The notes beneath the pieces are model-generated. The model was not told the DNA's origin, searched no databases, and saw nothing but the letters and a program-made list of their open reading frames with translations. A DNA stretch of 63,650 nt, counting the filler, from Atractiella rhizophila (lineage: Eukaryota), in NCBI GenBank assembly GCA_021432655.1. It is 5 parts of 4 records of this genome, joined end to end, with 100 filler letters (N's around TTAATTAATTAA, not from the genome) between each part and the next. Parts side by side here need not be neighbours in the genome. Positions count along the whole stretch, not along the records: positions 1 to 29,097 come from MU271241.1; 4 more parts are not named here. One strand, written 5' to 3'. A program made the position numbers and the translations under genes. Shown here piece after piece: positions 1 to 13,697 of the stretch. Position 1 is the stretch's first letter, and the number at the start of each line of letters is the position of its first letter.

Positions 1-1554
1 GGATGGAGACCGTCTGCGAGATCCGCGGTAGTTATGTCATGTGTCGGTACGAAAAGAATGTGTTTTCCAGCGTTCCTTCTCTTCTGCACCTAGAACTAGG
101 TCAATGCCCATCCTGAGAGAAGCGAGTGGTGGCGAACCTCGTTAGCGACAAGCAGATTATACGCGTCGATCTTAGAAGCTCTGTCCGCTCCAGTTGCTGT
201 GAGGACCTGGCCAACCAAGAGGACTGTGTCAGGTGCATCGTTAAATATCTGATCAATGAGGGATCCAAGGCGCAAGTGAGCTGTGCTGATGTCCTTGTTC
301 TGGTTGATATCGTTTACGCCAGCCAATCTGATCCAAACATCAGTTTATGGTCGCATGTAAATGATCACACTCGCAGACAAACTATGTTAGGAAGCTGCGC
401 GATGGAGTTTTTGGCGAAGCTTGCAATTTCACTGATGACAGCGCCGTTGTGACCTTCCTAGGTGTCAGTGTGAATCTTGCCGCGAGATCAAGAAAGGCAC
501 CCTCGTTGTCCGGATCACTCATAGTTCCAGAGGGGTTGGAGCCAATATACTCGACACTCCAGCCATCAGGAGATGTCAGAATAGAGTACAATTCACCCCG
601 GTAACCGTTTGTGTCCTGTTCCTATTTCAGACCGCCAGTAGAGTTGGAAGTGGATACGTGCAGTTTTACCATCGTAACCGTGAGTGATAGAACTAAGGCA
701 GAGTATTAGCCAATAGAAGCATGTGAACATTGGAAAGTGACGAACTCTCCTAAAGGCATGATTCGGAATTTTGCGGTTAGAGGAGGACTAGTAGTTTGGG
801 TTGATACTGGAGGTCGGTCAGTATCAGCTGTTGAAGTTGGAGTTGGATCCGGGTCATCAGCGTAGCAACAGTAGTCGATTTCCTGCACATAAACAAACTG
901 CTATCCTAATGTTCGCAAACAAACAGAGTTACGCACTACAAAATAGTTTGAGTTGAGAAAGGGTTCTCCGTGACAGCTTATGCTGGCTTCTTCGCCTGTA
1001 TCGAAATAAGTTGATACACCAGCTGTAACAACAGAGACGCACATCTGGCCAAGGCTTTGCCATCAGGAGTTACAACCTCGGTGACAGCGTTGTTGTCGTT
1101 GCAAGTCACTTGAGACCCGTCTGAGAAATCCGCGTTGCAAATATCTAATTTGGTTGTTCTACCATTGAAGAACTGGCTGCAGGTGAGAACGTACCTTCAT
1201 CAAAAGAGCTATCGATTATCGACTCACAAGAGCCTTGCTCGAAAACTCTAGCTGAGTTAGCACTACAGCCATCGTCATCTAGAAAACAGCGGTTTGGTTT
1301 CTTATTAGGTCACAGACCGGATACCCACATCCAAATCCGCCCCCGCCTGCGTTTGGCATGCAGAGCTGAGGTGAGCGATCAGGAGATGCGTGAAATATTG
1401 GGTTACGGGAGCATGTAGTACATACCTGGGAATATCCCACACCTATCCCACCGTTGGGACATCCTGAACAATTTGCGGCAACGTTAAAGGCAGGAAGATG
1501 GATAAGAACAAAAGAAAGAAGTTTATAAGCTCGTACAGCTTGCAGTTTGGTCAT
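1..1554 (-). CDS. Secreted SGNH/GDSL hydrolase (CE3-like acetyl esterase) with an N-terminal Cys-rich domain; multi-exon, 3' end runs off the window
   Basis: Spliced translation gives the SGNH blocks RIMPLG(D)SITHGY, YRGELYSIL...VEYIGS...GTMSDPDNEG-HNGAVI, LMAGVNDI and DLADGLHP. A hydrophobic N-terminus starts at ATG 1554, followed by a Cys-rich segment and a P/T-rich linker (DPDPTPTSTAD). Confidence 0.8.
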
Positions 1555-2714
1555 ATCGAACGAAAGACACTTGAGTGCGCAGGAAACGACTTGGATTGAT
1601 GAGATAGAGACAAGTGAGAGTGGTATATATAGTCTCCTACACCTTACCCAAGCCTCCCATAATACCAATACGTACTGCCCTTTCAAGTCACTACGAACAT
1701 TCGCCCTCGATGCCCGTCATCATTTCCGTTCACTTGATCTGGCTGTGACCCCGCCGATTAAGGCAACAGGTATCAACCCCGCTGAGGTAAATGCGGAAAC
1801 CATCAACACTACTGCATGTAATTTGACTTCGGAACCCTCGCCCATAGAAATTTGAGCCGAAAGACGCTGTCAGTTTTTGGGGCAAGATTGGTGGACCATT
1901 GCCTGCCGAACGCGGACAGACAGTTTCGGTGACCGACGTTGATCGATACTTGTTGCGAGGCATTGGCATTGGAAACTCATGGATGACATGAAAATTAAAG
2001 GAAGAAGAGGTGGACGCGGAGAACACTAGAAGCAGCTTGGCCGTCAGCCGAAAGAGGTGCTGTGAGAGGAATCGTCATAAGTTGCAGTTTGAAACCTCAG
2101 TTAAAGGAGTGACAATTTCCAGGCGGAACTGCTGTATCGACCAACTGTGCTGTAAAAATGACTTCGGCCCTAGATAACACACTGTAGAAGTACTTGAGAA
2201 GTATGGGCGTCGTTCGTACACAACATCAATATGGTGACGAATGGCAGTCCAAAAACTTCTTCAGTATCAAACAGAGAGAGAGGACCCGCTTGTAAGTCTC
2301 CTGATTTACTATTTCCTGGAATTGTCAACAACAGCGAGCTCCTCAAACGGAATCCAATCCACATCGAAGAGAAAAGCCGTACGGAGGATGAATTAGTTGG
2401 TCAAGGTGAAGCTTCGACACCATCTACAATGCCATCCTTTCCTAGTCTCTTTCCGCTGACAAAGAACAGGCTCTCCTGCGAAGAGGTGGTTGGATAGCAG
2501 AATCGTGGATGGAGGAAAAGATTTTGCGTGGAAAGCATGTTCTCCACTGCACGGTCATTAGTTTGATCGTAATCGCTGCGCTAAAACAAGGACAAGGTTG
2601 CGGAAGCGCATCAGCACTCATTGAGTGTTCGGCAACATCGATCATCATTTGACATATTTGTTCAGCACAACATTCTACCCAGTAACCCAACAGGAACAAG
2701 GGAAGGCTTAGAGA

Positions 2715-4690
2715 ATGGATTCCACGAAGGGAGATGCCTATAACTTACCCAGACAACTTGTGCAACTCGTTGTACGCGCCTTCTACGAGGCGAAGTACGT
2801 AGTACTCATAGACCAACTGACAAAGAAAGAAGCGTACGTTCCCTCCCTTTTTTGCCTCCAAATGGTCTGGCAGAGAAAGGTTGTTGTTGCTGTCTTCGGC
2901 TTGCTGTTGAATACTACATTTGCGAAATTACACGTCGTTGTCCCCATTTACGCCTCAGTATTTCCGCAAGCCTTCCTGGCCGGCTTGACGCTTTTTGAAT
3001 GTCGTGGATGCTACGATGCGATACGAGGGGAAGGGGATCTCTTTACAGTCTTCCGCACTCCTATGTCATACTCTTCAGAGGTTGTGACGAATTCTTACTC
3101 ATGCTCTCAGCTGGCTGTGAGTTGGCCAAAGTGGCAATACTTGAGCCGTTCGACCATGTTGCTTTGAATAAGAACTTCGTGCCTTGAAACATAGGCTAAC
3201 CGCGTTCTCCCTGCTCACAGGATGCGGGACGAAGAACTCGCCAGACGACTAGGAATGGTCTCCAAGGAAGTCTCTAAGATTGCAGCAAAGTTAGTAGAAG
3301 ACCGTATAATAGCCTCGTGAGCGCCACCCTCTTTTACCTTTGCCTATGCTTACTCAAACAGTTATCGTCGATCGGAACTGCGAGAGGGAGCCCCCAAAGC
3401 TGTTCAGAAGACGTACTATTACATTGATTATAAAACTATGATTGATGTGACAAAGTGGCGGATGCGCAAGATTCTCAAAGCTATCGACGCCAAAACAACA
3501 ACGGTAAGTTGCGTCTGCAACAATCAAGAGCTCAGGTTTGACAAATGGAATAGACAGCTGAAGATTTCGTCTACGAGTACGTCTGGTCGTTCTCGCACTT
3601 TGCCAACGGAAGCTAAAAGATGAGCGAATGCAGGTGTTCCGGTTGTTCCGCCACATATAGTGCCCTCGATTTCAACCGTCTAATTGATGTACCTGAAGGC
3701 TATCTGTGCGAATATTGCAATAGCCCACTCAAAGATGCAGCAGGACAGAGCGAGGAAGTGGGTGGAAGTAAGGATCGGAAAAGGAGATTTATTGATCAGA
3801 CGAAGAATCTATGGGAGGCGATGAAGCGGACAGACAGCTTACAACTCGAGCCGTATGCTCTTCTCTCGCCTTCTCTTGACTTGTAGGTTTTGTTGAGCTG
3901 TTACTTCTAGATTCGACGTTATGACTTGGTTGGAGATCAACAATCCCATGGCTAGCTCAGTCAACGACAAAGATTTCGTCGAAAAGCAGTCGAAGAAACA
4001 AGAGCTGAAAGTCAAGATTGGAAGCGAAGCACCTGCAGATGCTGCGAAACGGAAACGAGACGAAGAAGAAGCCTATGCCCAAAGACAAAAGAATTCACTA
4101 CCCTCCTGGCTTGCGGCTTCCACAATCTCGGGTGATCTCACGACGGCAGGAGCTAAGGAGGCCGCTGCCAACGCTGCTGCTCGTGGTCAAGACAGGGTGA
4201 CGGTAGAGGAAAAGGTGGAGTTGACGATGGAGGAACATCAAGAGATGAAAGATTATTACGCGAATTATGGGGTGGAGACTAAAGGCAAGAAGCGGGAACG
4301 AGAAGAAGAAGTCGAGGATGCAAGGAAGAAGGTTCGGTTCGAAGAGACGACAAACCCTTCTGCAACATTCAGACTGCCAGAGACCAGACCTGCCTCTCAA
4401 GAGCTTCCTGAGGCTTCCGTTGAGGGAGTAGAGGAAGGTGACGAGGACGATGGGCGGATGGTCACGGGTACGTACATTTGTTCAGAAATAGAACGCAGCT
4501 GATAATCAATGGCTGAATAGTGAAAGGCATCCCGATGCGTTTTGTTGATGTGACAGAAGCAGAGCTGGAGCAGATGGTGCGTTCCGTTTCTCCCAAATTG
4601 TTGGGCGTATCCACCGTGGTGACATCATGGCTGAGACAGGATTCGGACGAGTACAGCGCCTATTTTGCCCTGTTGGAAGATACGCAATAA
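2715..4690 (+). CDS. TFA1: Transcription initiation factor TFIIE alpha subunit (multi-exon)
   Basis: LVQLVVRAFYE...LIDQL, MRDEELARRLG, YYYIDYKTMIDVTKWR, zinc ribbon CSGC...CEYC and SLPSWL. GT-AG introns restore the frame; stop TAA at 4688-4690. Confidence 0.93.
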
Positions 4691-5353
4691 CAGACCTAGG
4701 CCAGCCTAGACAGATCTTCTCAGCATTTCCCCGGGTTCTTGATCCATTTTCATGCTTCGCACAATGTGTCGAGCCCCACCCGTTTCAATCACAGATTTCA
4801 CCGAGTGAAGTGAATCGCGGGCAGACGTGTTCCCGAGCAGAGTCCTTTGATTGTCTTTTTGCAATAAGATTGAAGAAAACTTTGGGCATGTTTGCTGTCG
4901 AGCTTGAAAGTGCCAAAGTACTTCAATACGCTTATCTCAAGATCTGCCACAATGAGGAAGGTTTGAGTTTGTTCCACCTGCGTTCACCTCGTTTTGCACG
5001 TTCATGGCAACGGAGACTCGCCGCTGGCAGCATGGAATGAACCAGTTTTAGTTCTCACTGACGTTCTGGACCATTGAACAACGTTGAATTCATCTGAACG
5101 AATGGCGTGATCACGAGAGGGAGCGAGTCACGTCTTCTGAGTGACAAAAAGGAGGAAAGGTTCACTCAGCGTTCGCTCCCTTTCTCTTCCCAATTCTACA
5201 GACTTGATTCCTTGAATGCTTTCCCCCCCGTTGATTCTGATGCCTTTACGCAAATCTAATCATACCACTGAAATGTCTTGGCTTGGCAGGATGGATCTTT
5301 GGTTGGAAGGGCACGTTGGTGTTAAGCATTGGTAATAGTTTTGCCCTCTTCCA

Positions 5354-6213
5354 ATGACCAAAGTAAAGAGGTTTACGCCTAGGGAGGCACCCACAACCGT
5401 GCCTATTCTCGCTCTGCCTCCTCCTCCTCGTCCCTCACGGCGACTTGGTACTCCGCCAAATGCAACTCCTCCTCAGAGCCCACCTCCAGCATACGCTCAT
5501 CTCAGGCACGACCCCTTCGAGGGTCTCCCTGCCTTCGTTGGAACTTGGTCAGACAATGTTTCACACTCGAGTGAGGATGCCGAATCGAGTGCAACCGCGT
5601 CAGACACTGGATCACGCTCGTGGTCAGAGGCGGCTGTGCAGGTCTCCCCTAGCGATCTGCTAGATTCGCAACTCGTTGCAACTACCGCTCCTGAAATCTC
5701 AACGACATCTTCAGAAACCTCATCAAGTAATACTACCAGTACGGCGGTGTCCACCACATCCACCTCCGAGCAACTGCCTACAACAAACAACACAAATTCT
5801 GAGCCGCCAACATTCTTCCGCTCTGTTTTTCAACCAGCTACAACAAATCATTTGGAAGGGAACCGTCAAGCTGAGCAGGTGCGTGGTTAGGTTCTATCTC
5901 AGCAAAGTATTAACGAGTATGGCAGACACCTTTGGGTGTGACCGGGCCGTCACCGCCGACGTCTGTGGTGGTCTCTCCGAGCTCATCAGCAGTAGTTATC
6001 CCTTCAACTGCAGCATCTTTGGAGGCTACGCTTTCAGAACATGACCTCATCAACGACCTCTTAACAGCCTACATGGATCGCGGCGGTACGGATCTAGAGC
6101 TCATACAAATGCTGCAGGCGAAGAAACAACGGCATTCGGCTCTCATCCAAGACCTCGTCAATGTTGACGACAATGAGCAGTCGCATGCAGTTGTTCGCTC
6201 AACGGGAGCCTAG
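5354..6213 (+). CDS. Hypothetical P/S/T-rich protein (2 exons)
   Basis: ORF 5354-5878 joins ORF 5926-6213 in frame through a GTGCGT...CAG intron at 5879-5925. No recognisable domain. Confidence 0.45.
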
Positions 6214-6570
6214 AAGCTCCCAAATTTTCGAATCAGGAAGACATTTCACTTTTCGCACCAATCTACAAGAATACAAGAACAAGAAGATCATTTGATTCCG
6301 GCACACTACAACCATTTCTCCACTTCACATTGTACGCACGCATTTGGTACCACTGATCAATCTCTGCAGCCCATTTTCTGCTTTCTGTTGCTCTAATACT
6401 GGGGATTTTTCGAATAATCTTGCACTCAGAAGACTTGATTCGAAGCAGTGCTACTGCCTCGCGTTTCTCAATTTCAGTTCTGTGTCCAACTGTATCCGTG
6501 CTATATACCCACAATCCGTCTCATACTGTTCAGCCTTGCAGTTGTAACTCCAGCTCAATGCCAGCCATGA

Positions 6571-7224
6571 TTGGCCAATGCCATGTATATGGTTAACTCT
6601 TGTTACGATCTTAGCTTTCTGTTCTGGGTAGCAATACAATTTTTTTCTGATCCGTTTCCCCCTTACGAACATGTACAAAATTGGGTATTCTCAACAACGG
6701 CATTTGGGAAAGTATGGCGCAGGAATTATCACATGTATAACCAGGTAATGAATAATACAGTTACCACCAGAGGACCAGAGGGATACGATCAAACAAGATC
6801 GTTTTCTTCTTTAAAATTTGAGTTTGAAGACGACGCGGTAGTGGAAGCGAGGATCAACCATTACTGCATTCACATAGTATTCAACATCGCAGTTGTGGCG
6901 GTGCTGCAATGCGTTGTGGTGCTCACAAACATGAAAACAAACTAAAAATCTACGTTGATCCCGCTGCTGTTGCCTTGCAATGGCTTCTTGGATGAGAAAG
7001 ACTAAATTGACGCACACGGTGTTCCATATATCTTGAATCGGCTTACTACAAGCTGCTATAAACCTCCTTTTATCCACTCCTACTTTTACGACATTATTGC
7101 AATAATTCTTGTCCTGGAGTCTCCTGCGATTGCTGGTCCGTTCTACTCTGCTGCAACAAAGCTCCAAAAAAGGAAATATTGGAATCGCGTCACCACGATC
7201 GATTTGAGTTTGTTGACATCTTGA
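6571..7224 (+). pseudogene. Possible decayed ORF of unknown family
   Basis: ORFs 6571-6945 and 7033-7224 share one frame and are separated by two in-frame stops. Protein-like composition, no recognised motif. Confidence 0.25.
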
Positions 7225-7812
7225 CCGTATTTAGGATGGAACTCGTTCTCGTCTTCGCGTCGTCTCAACTACGGCACGCGCCATCAAAGCGTCAACATAC
7301 AGTGAAGAGGTTTATGAGCTCGCCAGGTAATGGCCCGCGTTATTCCAATACAAGAATATCCGCTCCCTCCTCCAATTGTTTACGAGACTCAGACTGGACC
7401 ACCGGACGCGGCTGGTAATGTTCCCATCAGGATCGACGTTATTGCACCTGGTCTTTCGGTTACGGATAAACTGGGACACATGCTCGACAGGATCATTTGT
7501 GCCAAAAGATGGTATGTTCGCTTTTGCCAAAAAGGAATTGGAGCAGGACGTGTGCATCCTATGAAATAGATTCGTAGTAACATTCTCTTACGGAGAACCA
7601 TGAAGTCGTGATAAATGCAAAGCGGAAAGAATCCCTCACTCAGCTTTTGGCTGGACTGGACTGGCAGACAAAATGTGTCAGGGTAGCTTGTGCGGTGACG
7701 ATAAACCATACTGTCTCTTTGCATTTGTGGCATCTGAGCCCTGTCGAAGCTCTTCCCGCTAATATGGATCCCAGTGATACTTCTGTGCTCTTGAATCTGA
7801 TTATACTTGCAG

Positions 7813-9217
7813 GCACGCTCCACCAAAAACACGTATTATCCCTCCATACGATCTCGCATATCCAGGTTACCTGGAAGAAGCAGGTTTTCAACCAAGTCTT
7901 CCGCCACCGCCACCACCACCTCCTCCACCTCCTCCTCTTTGCCCCACGCCACCATCCATATTAGCAAGGTTGAACGACCATGAACGCGCTGAATTTGTGA
8001 ATTTGGCTGCTCGCTCACGACCGGAAGGCTCTTCCATAGGAGAATCAGCATGGGATGGCCAGAGGCTGAGGGATAACATTGAGAGAATACGAGAGTTGAA
8101 TGCGCCAGGCGGGAGTGAGGCTAATATCTATGGGCGACCTTCCTCTGACTTTTACACCACACCTTCTGAACTGCCGGTTTTTCCTTCCCGACCTCAGACT
8201 CCCAGTCTAGGAGGTCGAGGGCTAAGGGGAAGCGACACATTTTACTTTCCCGAGTCACCTCTCTCTGGATTGGGCTCCCATTTTCCTCCAGCGCCACCTC
8301 CAACACCTGTACCCGGAGGCGGAGGAGCAACAATGATGCACGAGAATCGAGGGCGCTCTCAACAGCCTTTCATGCGGCCATCCTTTGGTAGAAGGAGTCA
8401 ATCTGCCGAGTCGATTCGACGACCTTGGCATTCCCCTCCTGCATCCAGTCGTTCTCTCTCCCCTTCCGTGGTCGAAAACATTCGAAGACGGGAAGAGTTT
8501 CTACGGACCAATATTGAGCGCCAGGCACGAGAATTGCGTGACATATTGAGCCAACAGGAGATCTTGCGAAGGAATCTGGCGAGGACACTTAACTCCACCG
8601 GCGTAACTCGTGAAGAAGTGAGAAGAATGGGGAGTCAAGAAACGTCTGGCAGTGGCGGGCTCCCTTTCATTCCTCCTATGAGTGATGCCCAACGGGCTCG
8701 TCTGACAGCTGCCAATCTCGCGAGGCTTCCGCGTCACAATTCGTTAGACAACCTGACGCGACCTTCAATTCTTCGAGGTCAGTCCACCTACCGCGACATT
8801 CGCGTGCAACCAGGGACACCGGGCCGCCCCATTCTCACAAACGCTTTGGGTGGTCACCGAGTTGGAAATACCATACGTGGCAGTAATCACTTAGACGCCG
8901 GATTCGTCCCCTCTCCCAACGGGTCGCAGTATTCGGATGATAGTGCTTACGAGCCATGGAATGGGACAGCCACGGCTCCTCCCGCCGGTCGACCTCATCC
9001 TCCTTACACTTTCCCTCAGCAAGCCCCTTTACGACCCGTTCCAGCGGCAATACCCTCTGCATACCCCAACATACAAGGACAGTACGAATATGATGATACA
9101 GATTACGATTACCCTGGCTTCAACCATACAACAACTACACCACGTGGTTGGAGGAAGTTCGAAGAAGGAAGATATGTTTCACACAATGGTCTCAGAAGAC
9201 CTCATGGCATCGTTTGA
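7813..9217 (+). CDS. Hypothetical Pro/Arg/Ser-rich protein, large terminal exon (upstream exons unresolved, possibly from about 7330)
   Basis: The frame is open from the CAG acceptor ending at 7812 through a poly-Pro run into the 415-aa ORF; short coiled-coil-like segment (EEFLRTNIERQARELRDILSQQE). Confidence 0.6.
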
Positions 9218-10075
9218 CCTTCCCTACTATATTCCGAGCATGAAATCAACGCTACTAAAGGCTCTCTCCAACAGAGCATACATCTTCTGCTTTTCTCATT
9301 CTTTTCATCGACATCAATCTTCATAGTTGGAGTTTTACTCCGCGTTTCCATCGGGCTTTCCTTGTGGTATCCATTCTACAATCAAAATAATGGACGGGCA
9401 AAGACTTTATTTTTGTTCAGTGCGTCGTCTCATTTCGTATCACTGTACTTCTTACGCACTCGATTTGTCTGATTTGTTATACCACATGCGTGACACACCT
9501 GCACTTCTCGTCTCCTTCGCCACAAGTTCAAGTTATTATGCAGTTAGCTGAGGTTCCGAATAATGCTACATGTATATGTTCTGCAATTTATTAACCACAA
9601 TTTACTGCAGCGGCGGCAGCTCATGGCATGATAAAGGTGTCCAAGCTAGGCGTCAAAGCGCGGCGCTCATTCAAATGATCTGGTATCAATCGCATCCTCT
9701 AAATACAGCAAGCTACTGTCGCTATTTTCAACGAGTTTCCACCTGATTTGGTGATAGATACCTAGCCGCAGGCAGGCCTTGCGTTGGGCTTGAGAAGAGA
9801 AGATGCCTCGGTGCAACTTTACATGCGCTAAGCAGGGTGACGATTGATGGGGAAAGTGATCGGAAAGTGTTGAACGGAAGGAGTTCACATGCCCTGCTGC
9901 GTTAGAAACAATAAGGTCATGGTGGGGATCCCGTTGTAAGGCATCCGCTCAGCTGGGGCAACAAAGACAAGCACATTTATCAACCAGGTCCATTCAAAGC
10001 CCCTGAATCACAATCCACTCCCTGCCAGAAGTTCAGACCTCCGAGCCTTTCTGCAGTTGATCAAAGACGTTAGCC

Positions 10076-10587
10076 ATGGGTAACATCATCTCCTCTCCCG
10101 TCCAGGTCGTCTCCATTTCCTCCTCTGGGATCAAGGAATCCACGATTCCTTTCGAGGAAGCTCGACGATTCCAATCCCATCCGCTGCTCAAGAAAATCGG
10201 ATTACCCCTCCGAGTGAAAGACGGACAAATCGACATCGACGATGGCAAGGAAGTAGTCTTTGTTGAGGCAGATATGCGGCGACCTAACCCGGACATGATG
10301 AATGTGAGTTTCGCCACTGCTGCCAAAACTGTCCTTGCGATGGTGATTTGACGCTAATCTTATGCTCCCAGATTCTCTCTGCTTATCTCAAAGAGCTGAG
10401 CCAAGTTCGGACGGCCGGTAACACTGAACGACTCTCAGAATTGCAGACCCAAGCTGGTTTCTCGGCGTTCGCACTGGCATGGATGAAGGAACAGAAATCG
10501 TCGAGCTCTGTCGAGCAGGCTTTCGACGGTTGTCTCAAGCCAAACACCAAGTTCCAGAAAGGATTCATGATGGGAGGTTTTGATTGA
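10076..10587 (+). CDS. Small hypothetical protein with a putative N-myristoylation signal (2 exons)
   Basis: MGNIISS start; a GTGAGT...CAG intron at about 10304-10371 joins the two ORFs in frame. Confidence 0.65.
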
Positions 10588-10939
10588 TCGGTCTTCGTCC
10601 TTCATTTTCATTTCACTTGCCAGATGAATTGCTTTGATGGATTTGCTTGCATTGGATGTCTGGTCCCTTTCTTTCTCTCCACTGTCCTGACAGCTTGCAG
10701 CTTTCCTTGGTTCCTATTTCAAGTTTGTGTATCATTCGCTTCGATTCAACTGGAGGTCAACGATGTTGTAGTAGTTGGTGTAGGTAGCATGTAAGATTGA
10801 GGATACTTTCGATGCAATTTCTTTCGCCGAACAATGCAACATGCTATTGGCTTTGTAGAATTGGCATAATCATAGGCGCATGGACGGATATGAAAGAACA
10901 AGTAGGAAGAGAAAGATTTGCCCACCCGATAGACACAGA

Positions 10940-11568
10940 TCACTCCTCATCCTCCTCGTCATCTCCTTGCCTCTTCGCAGCCAAGATAGAGCTTGCGATG
11001 CGATCCAAATCCCTCCTTCCATCCTCAGTGATCCTTCGCCCTCCACGCTCATCCAGCTCCAACACTTTGATCTTCTCCAGCGCTTGAACGATCTTTCGTT
11101 CTACCGATCCTGCAAAGCCCATACCTTTTAGCCCAAGTCACAGTTTCGACAGCGAGACGAACCCGAAGCATCGTAGTGGTGAGACGGGCGGTTACCACGG
11201 TTTTTGGATCCTCCATGAAGTTTGCGAAGAGCTCCAACGCCAACGTGTTTACGGAGGTAAATGTGCCTTGCGACAGCGGCTACATCACACCGCGCTTCAA
11301 TACGCACGGATTCGTGACCAAGAAGCAAGAAGATAGCGCACCCGCACGAACGTAGAACCAGTCAGGGTCATACGGTGCCAGCTCTTTATAAGCCCCAGTC
11401 TTGACAATGTCAACCCAAGTGGGAACTTCGAGCTTTCCTGTTCATCACCCATTCTGCGTCAGACTCGGTTGGGGAGTAGTTGAGAGGGATAGGGTGCGAA
11501 CCGGCCCGTTTCAGTTGGGAAGCGTAGGCGCTAATGAACTCTTGAGCGCTGCAATCTCTCACCGTCAT
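10940..11568 (-). CDS. RPS19: 40S ribosomal protein S19 (eS19)
   Basis: Spliced [90 protein letters not shown]. Confidence 0.97.
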
Positions 11569-11838
11569 GTCGAAGAGTAGGTAATGTTTTAAAGGTGATA
11601 AAAGTCGGTACCTGTCATTGACATCAGGACCTCAATGCACCGCACAGACTACCCAAGTTCTCACCTCCTACCTGTTCACTACCCCTTCTTTCCGTTTGTG
11701 TTCAAATCGTCAACGCGGAGTTGAAAGTAAAAACAAAGAGCCACCATACAATGGGGTACAGCGCTTTAGTACCGGACTCACGTGTATCCGCGCCAGCTGC
11801 AAAATTTCTCGAGTGAACTTATCGACCAAGAAAACAAG

Positions 11839-13339
11839 ATGCGGCCTATTCTACTGTCAGGACACGAGCGTTCGCTTACTCGTATGTGTCCACGATCTGC
11901 ACTGGTTGAAAGTGAGAGCTGATATGTGGCATAGAGATCAAATACAACGCAGAAGGCGACCTCCTCTTTTCGTGTTCGAAGGATACGTATGTTTTGGACT
12001 TCAAGTGGAATGGAACGAAAGTTGAATAGAGGGCAGGATAGTTAATGTCTGGTTCTCACATAATGGAGAGAGGCTGGGAACATATGAAGGACATAACGGT
12101 ACCGTTTGGACATGCGACGTTGACTGTAAGTTCCTCTCTTTACACCATACAAGAGGGGTTACCTATTGCATCGTACAGCAACATCTACAGTTCTATTCAC
12201 TGGTTCAGCTGATAACACACTGAAAATGTGGAAGGTGGGAGACGGAACATGTGTGAAGGTCTGCTCCTGATTGTTGATCAGAGAGGAGCTGCTGAGCTGT
12301 GGCGGATAGACTTGGGAGTTTCCAACTGCTGTAAAGCGCGTAGCTCTCAGTCGTGATGATTCTCGGGTGTGTGGCCTTTTGCTCCACGCTTCAGAGCCAC
12401 ACCAACATTCATCTAACGGTAGATTCTTGCTGTTACCGAGCGACGGATGGGTTTCCCAGCGACTTTGCGAATCTTCCGCGTAAACTATGAAGACCTCGAA
12501 AATCGTACGTCTTCCCTCCACCTTCTCTAGTCGGCGTACTAAGCAGGTGCCGCAGAGGCTGACGAGCCAGAAGTATATATTGAGATTGACAATGACGACC
12601 CCAAACCGAGCGTTGCGATCTGGAGCTACCTTGACAAATACATCATCACTGGACATGAACATGGAAGAATCGCGCTATGGGATCCTATTGTGCGTTCCAT
12701 TTACTAAAACGTATTGGTTTCGCTAAAGGTTAAGTGCAGGAGGGTGAAGAGATTAATTCGACAGAGTCTGTGCACGAGAAGACTGTTACGGACATTCAGA
12801 CTTCTCCAGATGGTACTTACGTCGTAACGACCTCAAAAGACCAGACTGCGAAGGTTTGTTTTTCACTTCCCACCTTACATCGTGCTCATGCGAAGCAGAT
12901 CATCGACATCAAAACGCTCAAAGTAATCAAAGAATTCAAGACCGAAACTCCTCTGAATAGCGCCGCCATCATCCCCTCTCGTCCCTACATCGTACTCGGT
13001 GGAGGTCAAGAGGCAATGTCCGTGACAACGACTTCTGCAAGACAGGGGCACTTTGAAGTCCGCTTTTGGCATCGCATCTTTGAGGAGGAAGTAGCAAGGG
13101 TGAAGGGTGGTTTCGGACCATGCAACACGATCGCTGTTCATCCGAAGTGCCATGGCTATTCCATTGGTGGGGAAGATGGTTATGTGAGGGTCCATCAGTG
13201 CGTAGTCCCATCTCGCCCTAGCTGCTGCTGGTTATCTGAATTTCATAACGTCGGTGCTGACTATGTCGTGGCAACTAGCTTCGATGAAGATTTCTTCAGG
13301 AGCAAACCCTATGGCGCCGATATGGAACCAGACGATTGA
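11839..13339 (+). CDS. TIF34: Eukaryotic translation initiation factor 3 subunit I (WD40)
   Basis: Spliced [31 protein letters not shown]...[15 protein letters not shown]...[20 protein letters not shown]...[10 protein letters not shown]. Confidence 0.97.
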
Positions 13340-13697
13340 TTCTTCTGTCCACCCAGTGTTGTATTACTAGCCTGACTGTTGCTGATCAGATCAATTGGAT
13401 GTTTCATTGCATCGATGGGACATTCATGTTGGGGATTGCGCAGAATGAACAGAAACAATAAAACATTGTGTCTCATACAAACAGCATAAAAAAGAGTAAG
13501 GACGGATGGCCTTTCGCCGATGAGATATACTGATAGTTAGGCTACAAAACGAGAATGATTTATCGGTGAGAAATGTGGCTGAAGATAAAATACACTGAAG
13601 ATCTCCGCTTCAGTTCTCTCAATAACGATAATTGAACAAATCGACAGAGCGAATGAAAAAAGAAAGACAACCCACTCAACGTCGTCGCATCCACGAC

